From the NCBI GenBank assembly GCA_000002435.2, contig CM018789.1: a DNA stretch of 64,000 nucleotides, one strand, 5' to 3'. The DNA is from Giardia intestinalis. Lineage: Eukaryota. The notes beneath the pieces were generated by a model, which made no database searches, was not told where the DNA came from, and saw only the letters and a program-made list of their open reading frames with translations. The position numbers were made by a program, and so were the translations under genes. Shown one piece after another: positions 10,901-19,150 of the stretch. Every line of letters starts with the position of its first letter. Position 1 is the stretch's first letter.

Positions 10901-12880
10901 CGACCACTTCCTTCTGCTACCCTGGAGCTCAGAAGCAAAAACGCACTTGTGATACCGACCAAGATGGCCTTCATAAGCGGTAGCATTCTTCTTTGTGGGA
11001 TCCCAATTATTATGCCGTCTGACACACGAACTATCTCAAAAATGGAGATCCGTGGTCTTCGAATTTCTTTTCTCCCCATAGATGTGCGTTCAACAGGGTC
11101 TCTTTCAAAGTCGTCTTCCTTTTCCAAGTCAAAATCCTCGCTACCCCCACTTACAACATCAACCGTTCCAAATGATGGGGCCACCACCCAGCAGACAGAG
11201 ATTATTTTGGAAACTCCTGTCTCATTCCCCGTTCTTTCGCATGCTGCTGACATTGTGATATCCGTTGTATTTCCAAACTCACCAGTGCTTCCGGGGCAGA
11301 TTGTCCAGGGGCAATTGGTAGTGAAGAACACTGGCCAGCGCGATGTTTCCAATCTGCTTATCTCCTCAAGCCATCAAGCATATTGTGTCTATGATCATGA
11401 GGCGTGTGTTTATCTGGATGAAGTAACACTAGAGTCGGACCAACATGAGGGTACGCTGTCTTCAAAACTAACAGATATCTCTCTTGAGGTGGCCCTCGAT
11501 TTTATCTTCCCAAGCCCTCTAGCTGTATTATCAGAACTAGAGCAGATTGCAGCCACTCCTCACGAACAATCCGTACTGAAGCTGGATCTTGCAAGGCCTT
11601 ACATTAAGAGGGTCTTGCAGAATTGTATGAAAGAGCTTATGATGCCTCCCATGCTCCAGGATAGATTGATCGTTTGCAGAAGGAGCCTAAGATCACGCGA
11701 GTCTATTGCGATTCCAATACTTCTTCTTATTCCACCTGGAGCGCAACCAGGAAAGCTCATTGTTGAATACTATCTAGGATACTCTATTACTGTTTGGCCT
11801 GTCGTGTCAGAAACTACTGCAGAGCTTCATATCCTCTCCGCAGCTAAGCCCAGTCTCCAAGGCCAGCCAAGTCTATCGTTACCTAGGGATGCGATTGCAA
11901 AGTCAGTTGCAGAAAAACAGCATAGCGTTAGAGCAATTCTTCCATCCGGTCAGGATGAGCTAGTTGCAGTAATACTCTCAAAGCGGTGCACTCCACCATC
12001 TCTGTGTAGACTCACTCTGGAGAAGAGTGGATTCACCTACACTGGAACGTTCCTCTGTGACCAGTACAAAGACTCATTGAGATTACTTCGGCAGCGCAGC
12101 CAGTCATTCACACCAACCCAACAAAATAAGGTGGGCATTCCACCGGACGCACTGGCCAATGAGGCCTTGATTAAGCAGACTAAGGATCTTGCAGGAATAT
12201 CTCGATCGTCGCTATTAAAGCTACATGAGAACATTACATTGTTGCTTAAGCGGGCAGAACTACACAAATACGGCCCCAGCCTTTTACCCCTGGCATACAA
12301 CTACCTAAAAAAGCAAAGTAACTTTTCATTTCAAGACCGAAACGATACTGCTTATAACCTAAATGAATTTCATAGCACAATCCTAAAGGACTTGCAGACA
12401 GTTCAAAGCGCCGTGCTCGATATGTACGTTAAAGAATTTTGTCAAGTAACGACAAGAGACTTTAGTCTGGTTTATTCTTCTGGGGACAAGGTGTTCTTAA
12501 ATCGTGAATTCACCCCCACTGCTTCTCGTGACCCGCCTGGGCTGGGCCCTCTATCTGCAATGGTCCGATGCAATGCTGCAGCCGATGGTAAGGTAAGCTT
12601 TGACCTTGTTATGGTTAACCGGTCTCTTACCGTGATTAATACACACGTGTCTGCCAATATTAGTGGTCCTACCGGCCTGTTTTCCATGATAGGCCTCCAG
12701 ACAATCATTGGGGAAATAGATTCATTTGAAGTAGCCATAGTGCCTTTTATGGCGTGTGCCTCTTCGATTGGAGAGTGCACAATCTCCGTCTCTGTCGACG
12801 CGACCGTCTCCGTGGGTTCTCTACAGAGAAGGGTCCCAGTAGTTGATTGTGGGCTCCGGCTTTCTCTCATCGTTGCATAG
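7958..12880 (+). CDS. Very large hypothetical protein (1640 aa)
   Basis: Uninterrupted 4.9-kb ORF with ATG start. I see no recognisable catalytic motif. Confidence 0.7.
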   Translation: MTFFEPNYLAEALSFRSRLTIGLHINKTSAELCARNGIDLLHFLRNMPPYRVQAPLTADYINYQGRRTSAVLNNLQFKLYLVDELASIPLRVSQIVTPAPDQAIASANDTLIKNALGQLVQHFQGSSRNSTSSLSTSLHSSTIESISSDILRDIVSAYANAGFAQFRCFEHDFLDNPVGYLAVCAMTDSREEKIAAIKKITTGLPAVLQGAVSGMSDNDVCLTLLIIDLYPTDRSSQYIDPGLHNELTRYRVKPLYLNLQLFQQYIMEPSTDVNITEYLQSTHTKRYFEYLFSCEGFAADMYSDIVWSPMAMDPSSEDKKGLYARPTVSDLIVKQSNVLFSFFNTVFSYYLKTILIPFLASKLFNISESCEETVSVGKKMANILAGHHTSAKQATRTVPAHAHLSQGKAFYTKFPIEYRIRRLADLLLQCNLIDDACAYYETLLPRQKHKATSPFVAEAYEGAAFASLRKYFANYSFDNAHVHISADDTSKLLKYYGEALRIINDCLSDPTLGHVSLCNASLHSPFRLSGQVFNSPLQNAENGLSPFTPTPAFQTRISVYRLFDYKRYLEIMAALVYTVSGQSFHLVEKTFSYAIPHTINSLTAALSYLVSSFLLCEARYVRLGTESAFRAGALFFNDRLFNLAFLCFTYAFMNLDRPHLLPALKTGWWFATVYESELLYCRTRALRSERLDLQTAATKEPTLIDALSNKILQLLKNTTSKQMQTELFYPKDISSIVKHTPSTFSDPSSPIGSCFASLQRLLITNQVALPQLMSLFCLPFSTAKEIEERSLRFCIKNVTPPVRNIGETPLRYTVRLFSDLIQSTNGDADSSINTFLKKAFTPARKFIVRDYLVDFLTHIAPRLTNFDYKVLLKADAEKLKIIHKEIRIPSVSVSGLYHPNINLSSIILLDSKSLPCPFETLQGLVYHKLAKTQLLDQLNNIKAIRAGETAMAIFCLSNEYPLLDYDIKKVELSLCFYDESNRPLPSATLELRSKNALVIPTKMAFISGSILLCGIPIIMPSDTRTISKMEIRGLRISFLPIDVRSTGSLSKSSSFSKSKSSLPPLTTSTVPNDGATTQQTEIILETPVSFPVLSHAADIVISVVFPNSPVLPGQIVQGQLVVKNTGQRDVSNLLISSSHQAYCVYDHEACVYLDEVTLESDQHEGTLSSKLTDISLEVALDFIFPSPLAVLSELEQIAATPHEQSVLKLDLARPYIKRVLQNCMKELMMPPMLQDRLIVCRRSLRSRESIAIPILLLIPPGAQPGKLIVEYYLGYSITVWPVVSETTAELHILSAAKPSLQGQPSLSLPRDAIAKSVAEKQHSVRAILPSGQDELVAVILSKRCTPPSLCRLTLEKSGFTYTGTFLCDQYKDSLRLLRQRSQSFTPTQQNKVGIPPDALANEALIKQTKDLAGISRSSLLKLHENITLLLKRAELHKYGPSLLPLAYNYLKKQSNFSFQDRNDTAYNLNEFHSTILKDLQTVQSAVLDMYVKEFCQVTTRDFSLVYSSGDKVFLNREFTPTASRDPPGLGPLSAMVRCNAAADGKVSFDLVMVNRSLTVINTHVSANISGPTGLFSMIGLQTIIGEIDSFEVAIVPFMACASSIGECTISVSVDATVSVGSLQRRVPVVDCGLRLSLIVA

Positions 12881-12884
12881 CTGG

Positions 12885-12891
12885 AGTAAAT
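12885..12891 (+). terminator. Putative polyadenylation signal AGTAAAT (AGTRAAY-type)
   Basis: Sits 5 nt downstream of the TAG stop at 12878-12880. It matches the Giardia-type AGTRAAY consensus (established knowledge). Weak on its own. Confidence 0.3.
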
Positions 12892-12975
12892 GTTCACCAC
12901 TTGCTAACAGATCAAGCCATTACAAATTGTAAAACTACATAGCTGATATTTTTGTTGATACCTTGCCCGCGAGCG

Positions 12976-14565
12976 ATGAGTTCGTTCTTATCTGCAGATA
13001 CTCATAGCACTTTGGCGCCATATCTGTCAGCAGAGGTAACTCATAAGGATTTTCGTTCTGGGATCTACGGCGATAGCGCCTCAACCCAGAAAGGACAGCA
13101 TCTGTTGAAGCACCAGAACCAATACATTGATGGCCTCTTAATAGATAAAGAGGCAGATCTTGCAAGTCATGTGCAGCGGATCTTCGATCTTAACGACCCA
13201 ATAAGGCGCTTGTATCTGCTCTACCTTTCGCAACAAGCCGACATTACAGAGGTGGAGGTCTGCCTTTTAAAGGAGATCATGTGCCTGCGGGCCATTGTTG
13301 TGGGCTATCTAGAATACACCGATACATGGCATGAGCATCTCCAGGTACTACCGCTGAGCGCGTCATTTCGTACTCTAAGTGCAAGCCTAGCTTCTCGTCT
13401 GAGTGAAGAGTTGACAGAGAGGCTAGACAGGCTCACAAATACATGTGCAGTTCAGACAGTGGCACAAAGCATGACCAGTGTTCACACTCAAACCTTGAAT
13501 CAAGGTTTGTCTAGAGCACTTGCTGCTAGTGGGTTAGCAGATGAAAGCGATGCACTCATCACAAGTGCTGTTTCTTCTAGCGGGGTCAGACTCCCAACAC
13601 AGACACATAATCCGCTTGTTAGCAAAGTGAAGCAGTTACATGACCTTCTTGCAGAAAAAGAGGCCCGCATTGCAGAGCTTTCTACAGATCTCGCTGAGGC
13701 ACGCCAACAAATAGCTAATCATCGCGATTCGTTACATATTACAGATTTGTATACGGAGAAGCAATCTGGCTTCTCTGGGCCATTTCCAGCCAGCCAAGAT
13801 TCTAAGTTGGTTGTTAAACAGAGATCTACAAGCGCAGGGGTGTATACGGCAAAATCTGCATGTGAGCCGCTAGTAGCTCCATCTCAGAGAGCCTCTTCCA
13901 TACCAGATCATCAAAATGCCCACAGTAATACCCAGACAATCGTCTCGGCTGAACTAGTGCCAAAGACAGTGCTAGTGAATCTACACAAGTCTATCTCGGA
14001 ACGAGACACTCTTCTGGCAGAAAAATGTGAAATAATAACCACTCAACAGAAAGAGATTTCTTGGTTGAAGGAGATGTTGCGAATGCATGAAGCAGAAAAA
14101 GAAAGAGTTGCCCTACAGTCGACCACGTGCCACCAACCAGCTTCGCTCGTGCAATCTAATACTATAGAGTCTGATCACCCACTAGATAAGCGGAACAGTA
14201 GAGTGTCTTTTAGCATGGATGCTTCGACACCATCTAAGCGGGCTCGTTCTAAGAAGTCCCGAACAGTCGAGGCAATGATTGACGCCCTAGAGTTAGAGTC
14301 GCAGGTGATGTCCCTGAAAAACCAAATCTCTAAACTCCCCGCATCTGAAGATCTGGTTGAGGATGCGGTGACCCGCTTAGCATTCCTCGAGCAAGAACTT
14401 ACTCAGAAGTCCATCAGCTTGACAGACCTTAAGGCCTCTGCAGGCTCACCTCTCAGCCAAGCCGTCTCTCCACAGGTTTTTGACGACGATATCTCCAGAT
14501 TGATTGCTGATCACCAAGCGGTCTTTGCAACGGTTGAACGGTCCCTCTCACAAGCAACCAAATGA
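12976..14565 (+). CDS. Coiled-coil hypothetical protein (about 530 aa)
   Basis: The ORF track starts this at 12952, but that codon is TTG. The first in-frame ATG is 12976 (MSSFLSAD...), preceded by gatatttttgttgata. The C-terminal half is coiled-coil-like. Confidence 0.6.
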   Translation: MSSFLSADTHSTLAPYLSAEVTHKDFRSGIYGDSASTQKGQHLLKHQNQYIDGLLIDKEADLASHVQRIFDLNDPIRRLYLLYLSQQADITEVEVCLLKEIMCLRAIVVGYLEYTDTWHEHLQVLPLSASFRTLSASLASRLSEELTERLDRLTNTCAVQTVAQSMTSVHTQTLNQGLSRALAASGLADESDALITSAVSSSGVRLPTQTHNPLVSKVKQLHDLLAEKEARIAELSTDLAEARQQIANHRDSLHITDLYTEKQSGFSGPFPASQDSKLVVKQRSTSAGVYTAKSACEPLVAPSQRASSIPDHQNAHSNTQTIVSAELVPKTVLVNLHKSISERDTLLAEKCEIITTQQKEISWLKEMLRMHEAEKERVALQSTTCHQPASLVQSNTIESDHPLDKRNSRVSFSMDASTPSKRARSKKSRTVEAMIDALELESQVMSLKNQISKLPASEDLVEDAVTRLAFLEQELTQKSISLTDLKASAGSPLSQAVSPQVFDDDISRLIADHQAVFATVERSLSQATK

Positions 14566-14672
14566 TACGATTCACTCGACTCATTGACTACATCGAGTGC
14601 TGCGCCACTACCCTACGGGGGCGGGTACGCCCATCCACTGCCGCTCCAGAGGCAAGGTAGATTTCGTGGAGC

Positions 14673-16338
14673 CAGGGCGGCTCTCGCGGGGCCTGGCACC
14701 TGGCGTCCTGGGCGGTGCCGGGTCTGAGTGGGTGTGCGCCTTCAGCACTGTGGGCGTCCCCCGTCCCTCTTCTGGTACAAGGGATCGGTGATGCGTACCC
14801 CCTCGGTCTGCGTGCGATTGTCAGTGCCCGTGCCTCGTGGTGTCCCGGCTCTTTCAGCCCCAGCTGTCGCGGCGCCCTGCTCCGGCCATATCCCCACGAG
14901 GCCGCGTATTCTTCCATGGGACGGTCCTGGTTCCGTAGAGGCACGCCTGGGCCCACGATTCTCCCTGCGGAGGCCCCGTTGTCTGTGCTACTGGGGTCTG
15001 GGCCATCCGTCTGTACCGCTGCTTCAGGAGTCACATGAGTAAACTGCCTTTCACGTGGCTTTTTATAGAAGTAGACACTGATTGTAATCAACAGGGTCTA
15101 AAGATCTCTCGCCAATTGTACATGTCAGATCCTGTGGATTTTGGAATCCTTGGGTAGCATCCGTGCCCGGCTGATACGCGCGCCTCGGGCTCAGCAAGCC
15201 TGCCACCCTCCTCCTCTTGCCCCCTGCGAGGACGCCGCCACTGGCTAGACGCGTGCACAGCTTGTCCATCCGGCCCTTGAGAAGAGCCACATCACACGAG
15301 GAAGGGCGCCGTTTACTCGAGGAGAGAGGCGATTGCGTCGTGGCCATGCCTCCTTGCGATGTCGAGGGCGGTGGTGCCGGGCGGGAAGCCGAACCACTCG
15401 CGGGTGGTCTGCATGCCTTTCTCCTTGTCCATCAGGAGCCTCGCACACTCCAGGTGACCACTCTGCGCTGCATGCATGAGCGCTGTCCATCCATTGTTAG
15501 TCTTCATGCCGTCTTCTTTGTCTACTAGAAGCCTCACGCAGTCCGAGCAACCGTTGTCGGCTGCGTGCATGAGGGCAGTCCACCCACTGTTGGCCCTCAT
15601 CCCGCCTTCCTTGTCCAGTAGAGCCTCCGCACACTCGCGGCGCCCATACTGTGCTGCATACATTAGGGCGGTCTTCCCATCATCCGTTTTCATGCCACCC
15701 TCCCTCTTCAGCAGAACCTTCACGGCTCTCAGGTTTCCATACTCTGCTGCTGACATGATGTCGGTCTCGACGAAGCCGTATTTCAGCAACAAAAAAGACG
15801 AGAGACTCAGCCCGCTCCCCCCTGTTGGCGGCAAAACTCTGCGGCGTCATCGAGGCTCCCATCGGAAGCAGACCCCTCGGTGTCCTGAGGGCGACGACTC
15901 ATTTCCGAAGCCCCAAGCACGTCGCTCGGCATTTTTAACTTCGTCTGCTTGCAGGAAGACACTGCCACGGAAACACACACTTTGCTCTCTGCTTCACTGA
16001 GAACGGTTTGTCAACTGCTGTCCGAGCATCTCCGTGAGAGCCGCCGCGCTGGGTGGGCCGCCCGCTCACCGTCCGGGGTCCAAGGTTCAGATCTTGAAGT
16101 TCGAACTCGTGCCCTCATACAAGGCCTCCTCCCCTGTGGGTAGGCGGGTCTCACGCTCGTTCACTTCTCCAATCCAGGACTCAGAACTCGAAGCTTGAGC
16201 GTCGCATGTCATGATGATTTACTCCACCCACCGGTTGCTTCCAGTGGTGTGCTGCTGGGGCCTGCCTGCAGGTATGGTCCAGAGATCTCACGGGTAAGCT
16301 CTTGCTCAGTCCCTGACTAGTCCGGAGACGAGGGTTGG
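14673..16338. repeat. Left arm of a 1,666-bp inverted repeat. GC-rich.
   Basis: Reverse complement of 19151..20816, with about 3-4 mismatches over 1,666 bp. The outer boundary is exact to the base (divergence begins at 14672). The inner boundary shows 2 mismatches in the last 30 bp. Confidence 0.9.
15313..15756 (-). CDS. Ankyrin-repeat protein (147 aa, about 4 ANK repeats). Copy 1 of 2, located in the IR left arm.
   Basis: The track ORF 15313..15834 starts on a non-ATG codon (TTG). The first ATG gives MSAAEYGNLRAVKVLL.... Repeats read GWTALMHAADNGCSDCVRLL / GWTALMHAAQSGHLECARLL, the 33-residue ankyrin consensus. There is an AT-rich tract (tcttttttgttgctgaaatac) about 20 nt upstream of the ATG. 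Confidence 0.6.
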   Translation of the reverse strand: MSAAEYGNLRAVKVLLKREGGMKTDDGKTALMYAAQYGRRECAEALLDKEGGMRANSGWTALMHAADNGCSDCVRLLVDKEDGMKTNNGWTALMHAAQSGHLECARLLMDKEKGMQTTREWFGFPPGTTALDIARRHGHDAIASLLE

Positions 16339-19150
16339 CCGCGGGTTGCAACGATAACCACAGCGGGGGCAAAGAGGGGTTCCCTCCACGTGTGGATCTG
16401 GGGTCTGTGCGTTCCGCGGCTGTTCCGCGGGCGTGCACAGCTGGACCTGAGGCGACGGAGAGCCCGTGAGGACCCGATCCACATTATGAACGCAAGATCG
16501 TACCTTCGGGCCCCAGAGAGCAAGCTGTGAGTCTCTACTCGGGGTGACACTCCGAAGACGTTTGCCCTCTCGGCAGGACACACACGCTGGCTCTGTGGCC
16601 TACCGTGTGAGAGCGCCAAGCAACTGACCGAGCACCTGAGAGAAGCAAATGATGACAGACACAGAGTGCTGGGCGACGACAAACTGATCCTTCCGTCCCA
16701 CATACCGAACCAGACAGCTGCCATGCTCATCCACCAAGGTGCACGCATGATCGCGAGCATCGAGCAGGCAGGGACTGGAGTCGCGCTCCCTGCTATCAGG
16801 GGCCTGAACGCCCTGGTGGGAAGCCCCAGAGGACTCAAGCAACACAGTAGAGCAGGCCCAGAGTAAGGCAGACCCAGACCCCGAGAAGGCGAGACGCCGG
16901 ATAGCAAACAGGGTGAACAACGCGCTGAGCTTCGGAGCAGTTGCTAAGGCTCTCCGCGCCCTTGATGAGACACCCGTGCGTCCCCCCGAAGGCTACGTTG
17001 GCCTTGACTACCCTCCATCGATGAGCTCGACGGGCTGGAGCGGCAACCGAGGAGGAAATGAGGAAGGCCCTGTTGGGACTCTCAACAAGAAGGCCTCAGG
17101 CGTGTCTGGCCTCGGGCCGGTCCAGCTCAGGTGACGAAGCAGAGCGACAGCTTCGTGAAATACCTCACGCAGGCGTACAACGAGCTGACCACCCACCCCG
17201 AAGGAGTCCGACGTGATGGCCATGTTCGAGTTCCGGGCGATCCTCATCCCGAAAGAGTCCGACGGATACCCCGATCGCGATAGGCGGATGGTCACGAACA
17301 TCTTCCACCGCGTCCTGCTGAAGGGCTGATCAGGCATGCCAACTACCTCTCATGCGAACAGATCGCCTTCAAGCAGAACGCATACGCGGTAGGCGTGAGG
17401 AGGGCCCACGAGCTCATCAGCAGGCCGGGGATGCACGCCGTCTCCCTCGACATAAAGAACGCCCTCAACTCGCTCCCGAGGGCGGAGGTCGTCAGAGCCC
17501 TGAACGAGGCGGAGGTCCCGAAGGTCCTAGTCGACTACATCGGGGACTTCCTCGACCTGAGGCACAGCCGGGACGTGAAGTGCGAGGTCTGCGGCGTCCC
17601 CCAGGGCGACCCGCTCAGCACGCTCCTCTTCTGCATGGCCATCGAGCGCCTCCTGAGACGCCTCAGGGAGAGGGGCATCACCTTCCTTGCCTAGCGGACG
17701 ACATCGTGGCGTTCCACGACGAAGGGTACCCAGCAGGTGTGATAACACAGCTGGCCACAGCAGAGGCTGCCGCCATGGGCCTGACGATCAGGAGCGACAA
17801 TGCAAGTCCACCATGGCGGGCGAGGAGGTGACCTTCCCCAACCACCCGGTGTCCCCCACCCCTGCCAGTCTCGCGCCGAAGGCCATCGCAGGTGCCGAGA
17901 CTGCCCCCATAACCACCCACCAGAAGCTCATCCTGCTGTCACTCTGCGTGGTCCCGATGGTGAGCTACGCCCCCCTGGTCGAGATAACATCGGACAAGGC
18001 GGACTACGAGGAGCTCGACAGACGTCGCACAAAGCTTCAGCAAGCTAACCAGCAGAAGCTGCGATCGCCTGGTCGACTTCCTGGCGTACCAAAGGAGAAG
18101 GGCGGCCTGGGCCTGCTCATGCCGGGGCTCTACCACGACGAGCTGCGGAGGGTGTGGGCCTCCCTGGACGTCAACAAGGGGACCAGAGACCCGGTGGAGC
18201 TGCCGGTGGAAGGCCAGGCACTGCAAGGGAAGGGGCCTACTCCAACCGCCTCCTCAGCCACACACCAGCTTCCAGACAGAGCGGCGGCGTGCTGACCGAG
18301 GAGGAAAGGGCCCTGAAGGAGAAGGGCGGCTCGATCATGGCGCAGAAAGAGGCACCTGCCCGGGCTGCCACACGGCGAGGACCCTCGACCACGAGGCACG
18401 ACATGATCGTCGCGTGCCTGTGCCTCCGCGTCTCGGGGAAGCTCAACCGGAGCTGGAAATCAAGACCCACAGCCACCTCAGCGACCAGAACCAGAAGCCC
18501 GACATCTGGCTCGTCGACAAGTGCAAAGCGATAGATGTGGGTGTCATCCAGCTCCGCCAGATGGATGCCTACTACAACGAGAAGGTCAAGAAGTACAGGG
18601 ACGGGACGCTCCCGATCATCTACGGGACAGACGGATCCCTCCACCCCAGTCCAAGGGGCACCTCGAGGAGCTCCACGTGGACCTCTGTCCGGGCCGCCTT
18701 CGCCATCGCCCACATGGCTGCAGAGGAGAACGAGCATCCGACGAAGCTGATCAGACGCGACCGGGCCGAAAGCCTGGTCACCCAGAGCGACCGTCTCCTG
18801 TCATCCTACTTCTGACAGCTGAATGAATCCACCCCTGGGACCTGTCGACAACGACCGAGAAGGGGCAAAGACTGGACACACAACCGAGTTGAATCCCAAC
18901 CAGAAGAGAAAGCCCCGCTAGCTGCTGCTGATATACATGGACAGCATTGAGAATGACAACAAAGACCAGAGCTTCACTCACCGTGAAGGGAGAACAAGGA
19001 GAGGCGCCCTAGTAGACCAGCGAGCCTGCAGGACGGCCTGATCTCCAAAAGGACCTATGTGCACTCTTAAACCGAGCACACGCCCGTAGAACAGCTGAGG
19101 AACGCAATAGCTCCTCCTACTACCACTGTGGTCCTTATATTGATACACGA
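16339..19150 (+). mobile_element. Degenerate non-LTR retrotransposon remnant (RT plus restriction-enzyme-like endonuclease; Genie/R2-like RLE type). Occupies the core between the IR arms.
   Basis: Plus-strand fragments in three frames carry RT motif 1/2 (ILIPKESDGY...FHRVLLKG), motif 2a (EQIAF), motif A (AVSLDIKNALNSLPR), motif B (GVPQGDPLSTLLFCMAIE) and motif C (LADDIVAF). Downstream lie GGLGLL and a PD-(D/E)xK module (KPDIWLVDKCKAIDVGV). At least three frameshifts are visible, so there is no intact ORF. Confidence 0.7.
17141..18815 (+). pseudogene. Frameshifted reverse transcriptase / REL-endonuclease ORF remnant
   Basis: RT motifs 1 through C, then the thumb/GGLGL region, then the PD..D.K nuclease. 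They are spread over frames 17141-17340, 17395-17694, 17695-17831, 17687-18295 and 18414-18815. Frame changes occur near 17340, 17690 and 18400. Confidence 0.65.

Noticed and set aside
12952-12975. Track-reported starts that are TTG/GTG (12952, 19655, 22160..23716, 27615, 39095, 43008, 45622, 46792, 54014, 54820, 60569, 63953)
   Set aside because: Translating the given coordinates shows non-ATG first codons. For a eukaryotic genome I moved starts to the first in-frame ATG. The affected N-termini remain uncertain.
14573-14599. 7-bp stem hairpin (cactcga...tcgagtg) 8 nt after the stop of 12976..14565
   Set aside because: Short stem with a long 13-nt loop. There is no known requirement for hairpin terminators in this kind of genome. 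Noted only.
16050-16100. tRNA-like gaagttcgaactc T-loop-like motif in the IR arms (also 19390..19440)
   Set aside because: I could not fold it into a cloverleaf. There is no acceptor or anticodon stem complementarity.
14588-18981. About 40 overlapping 60-200-aa ORFs on both strands of the GC-rich block
   Set aside because: GC-rich DNA lacks stop codons, so these ORFs are expected by chance. They are Pro/Arg/Gly/Ala-rich and tile each other in all frames. Only the ankyrin frames and the RT/RLE fragments show real protein signatures.
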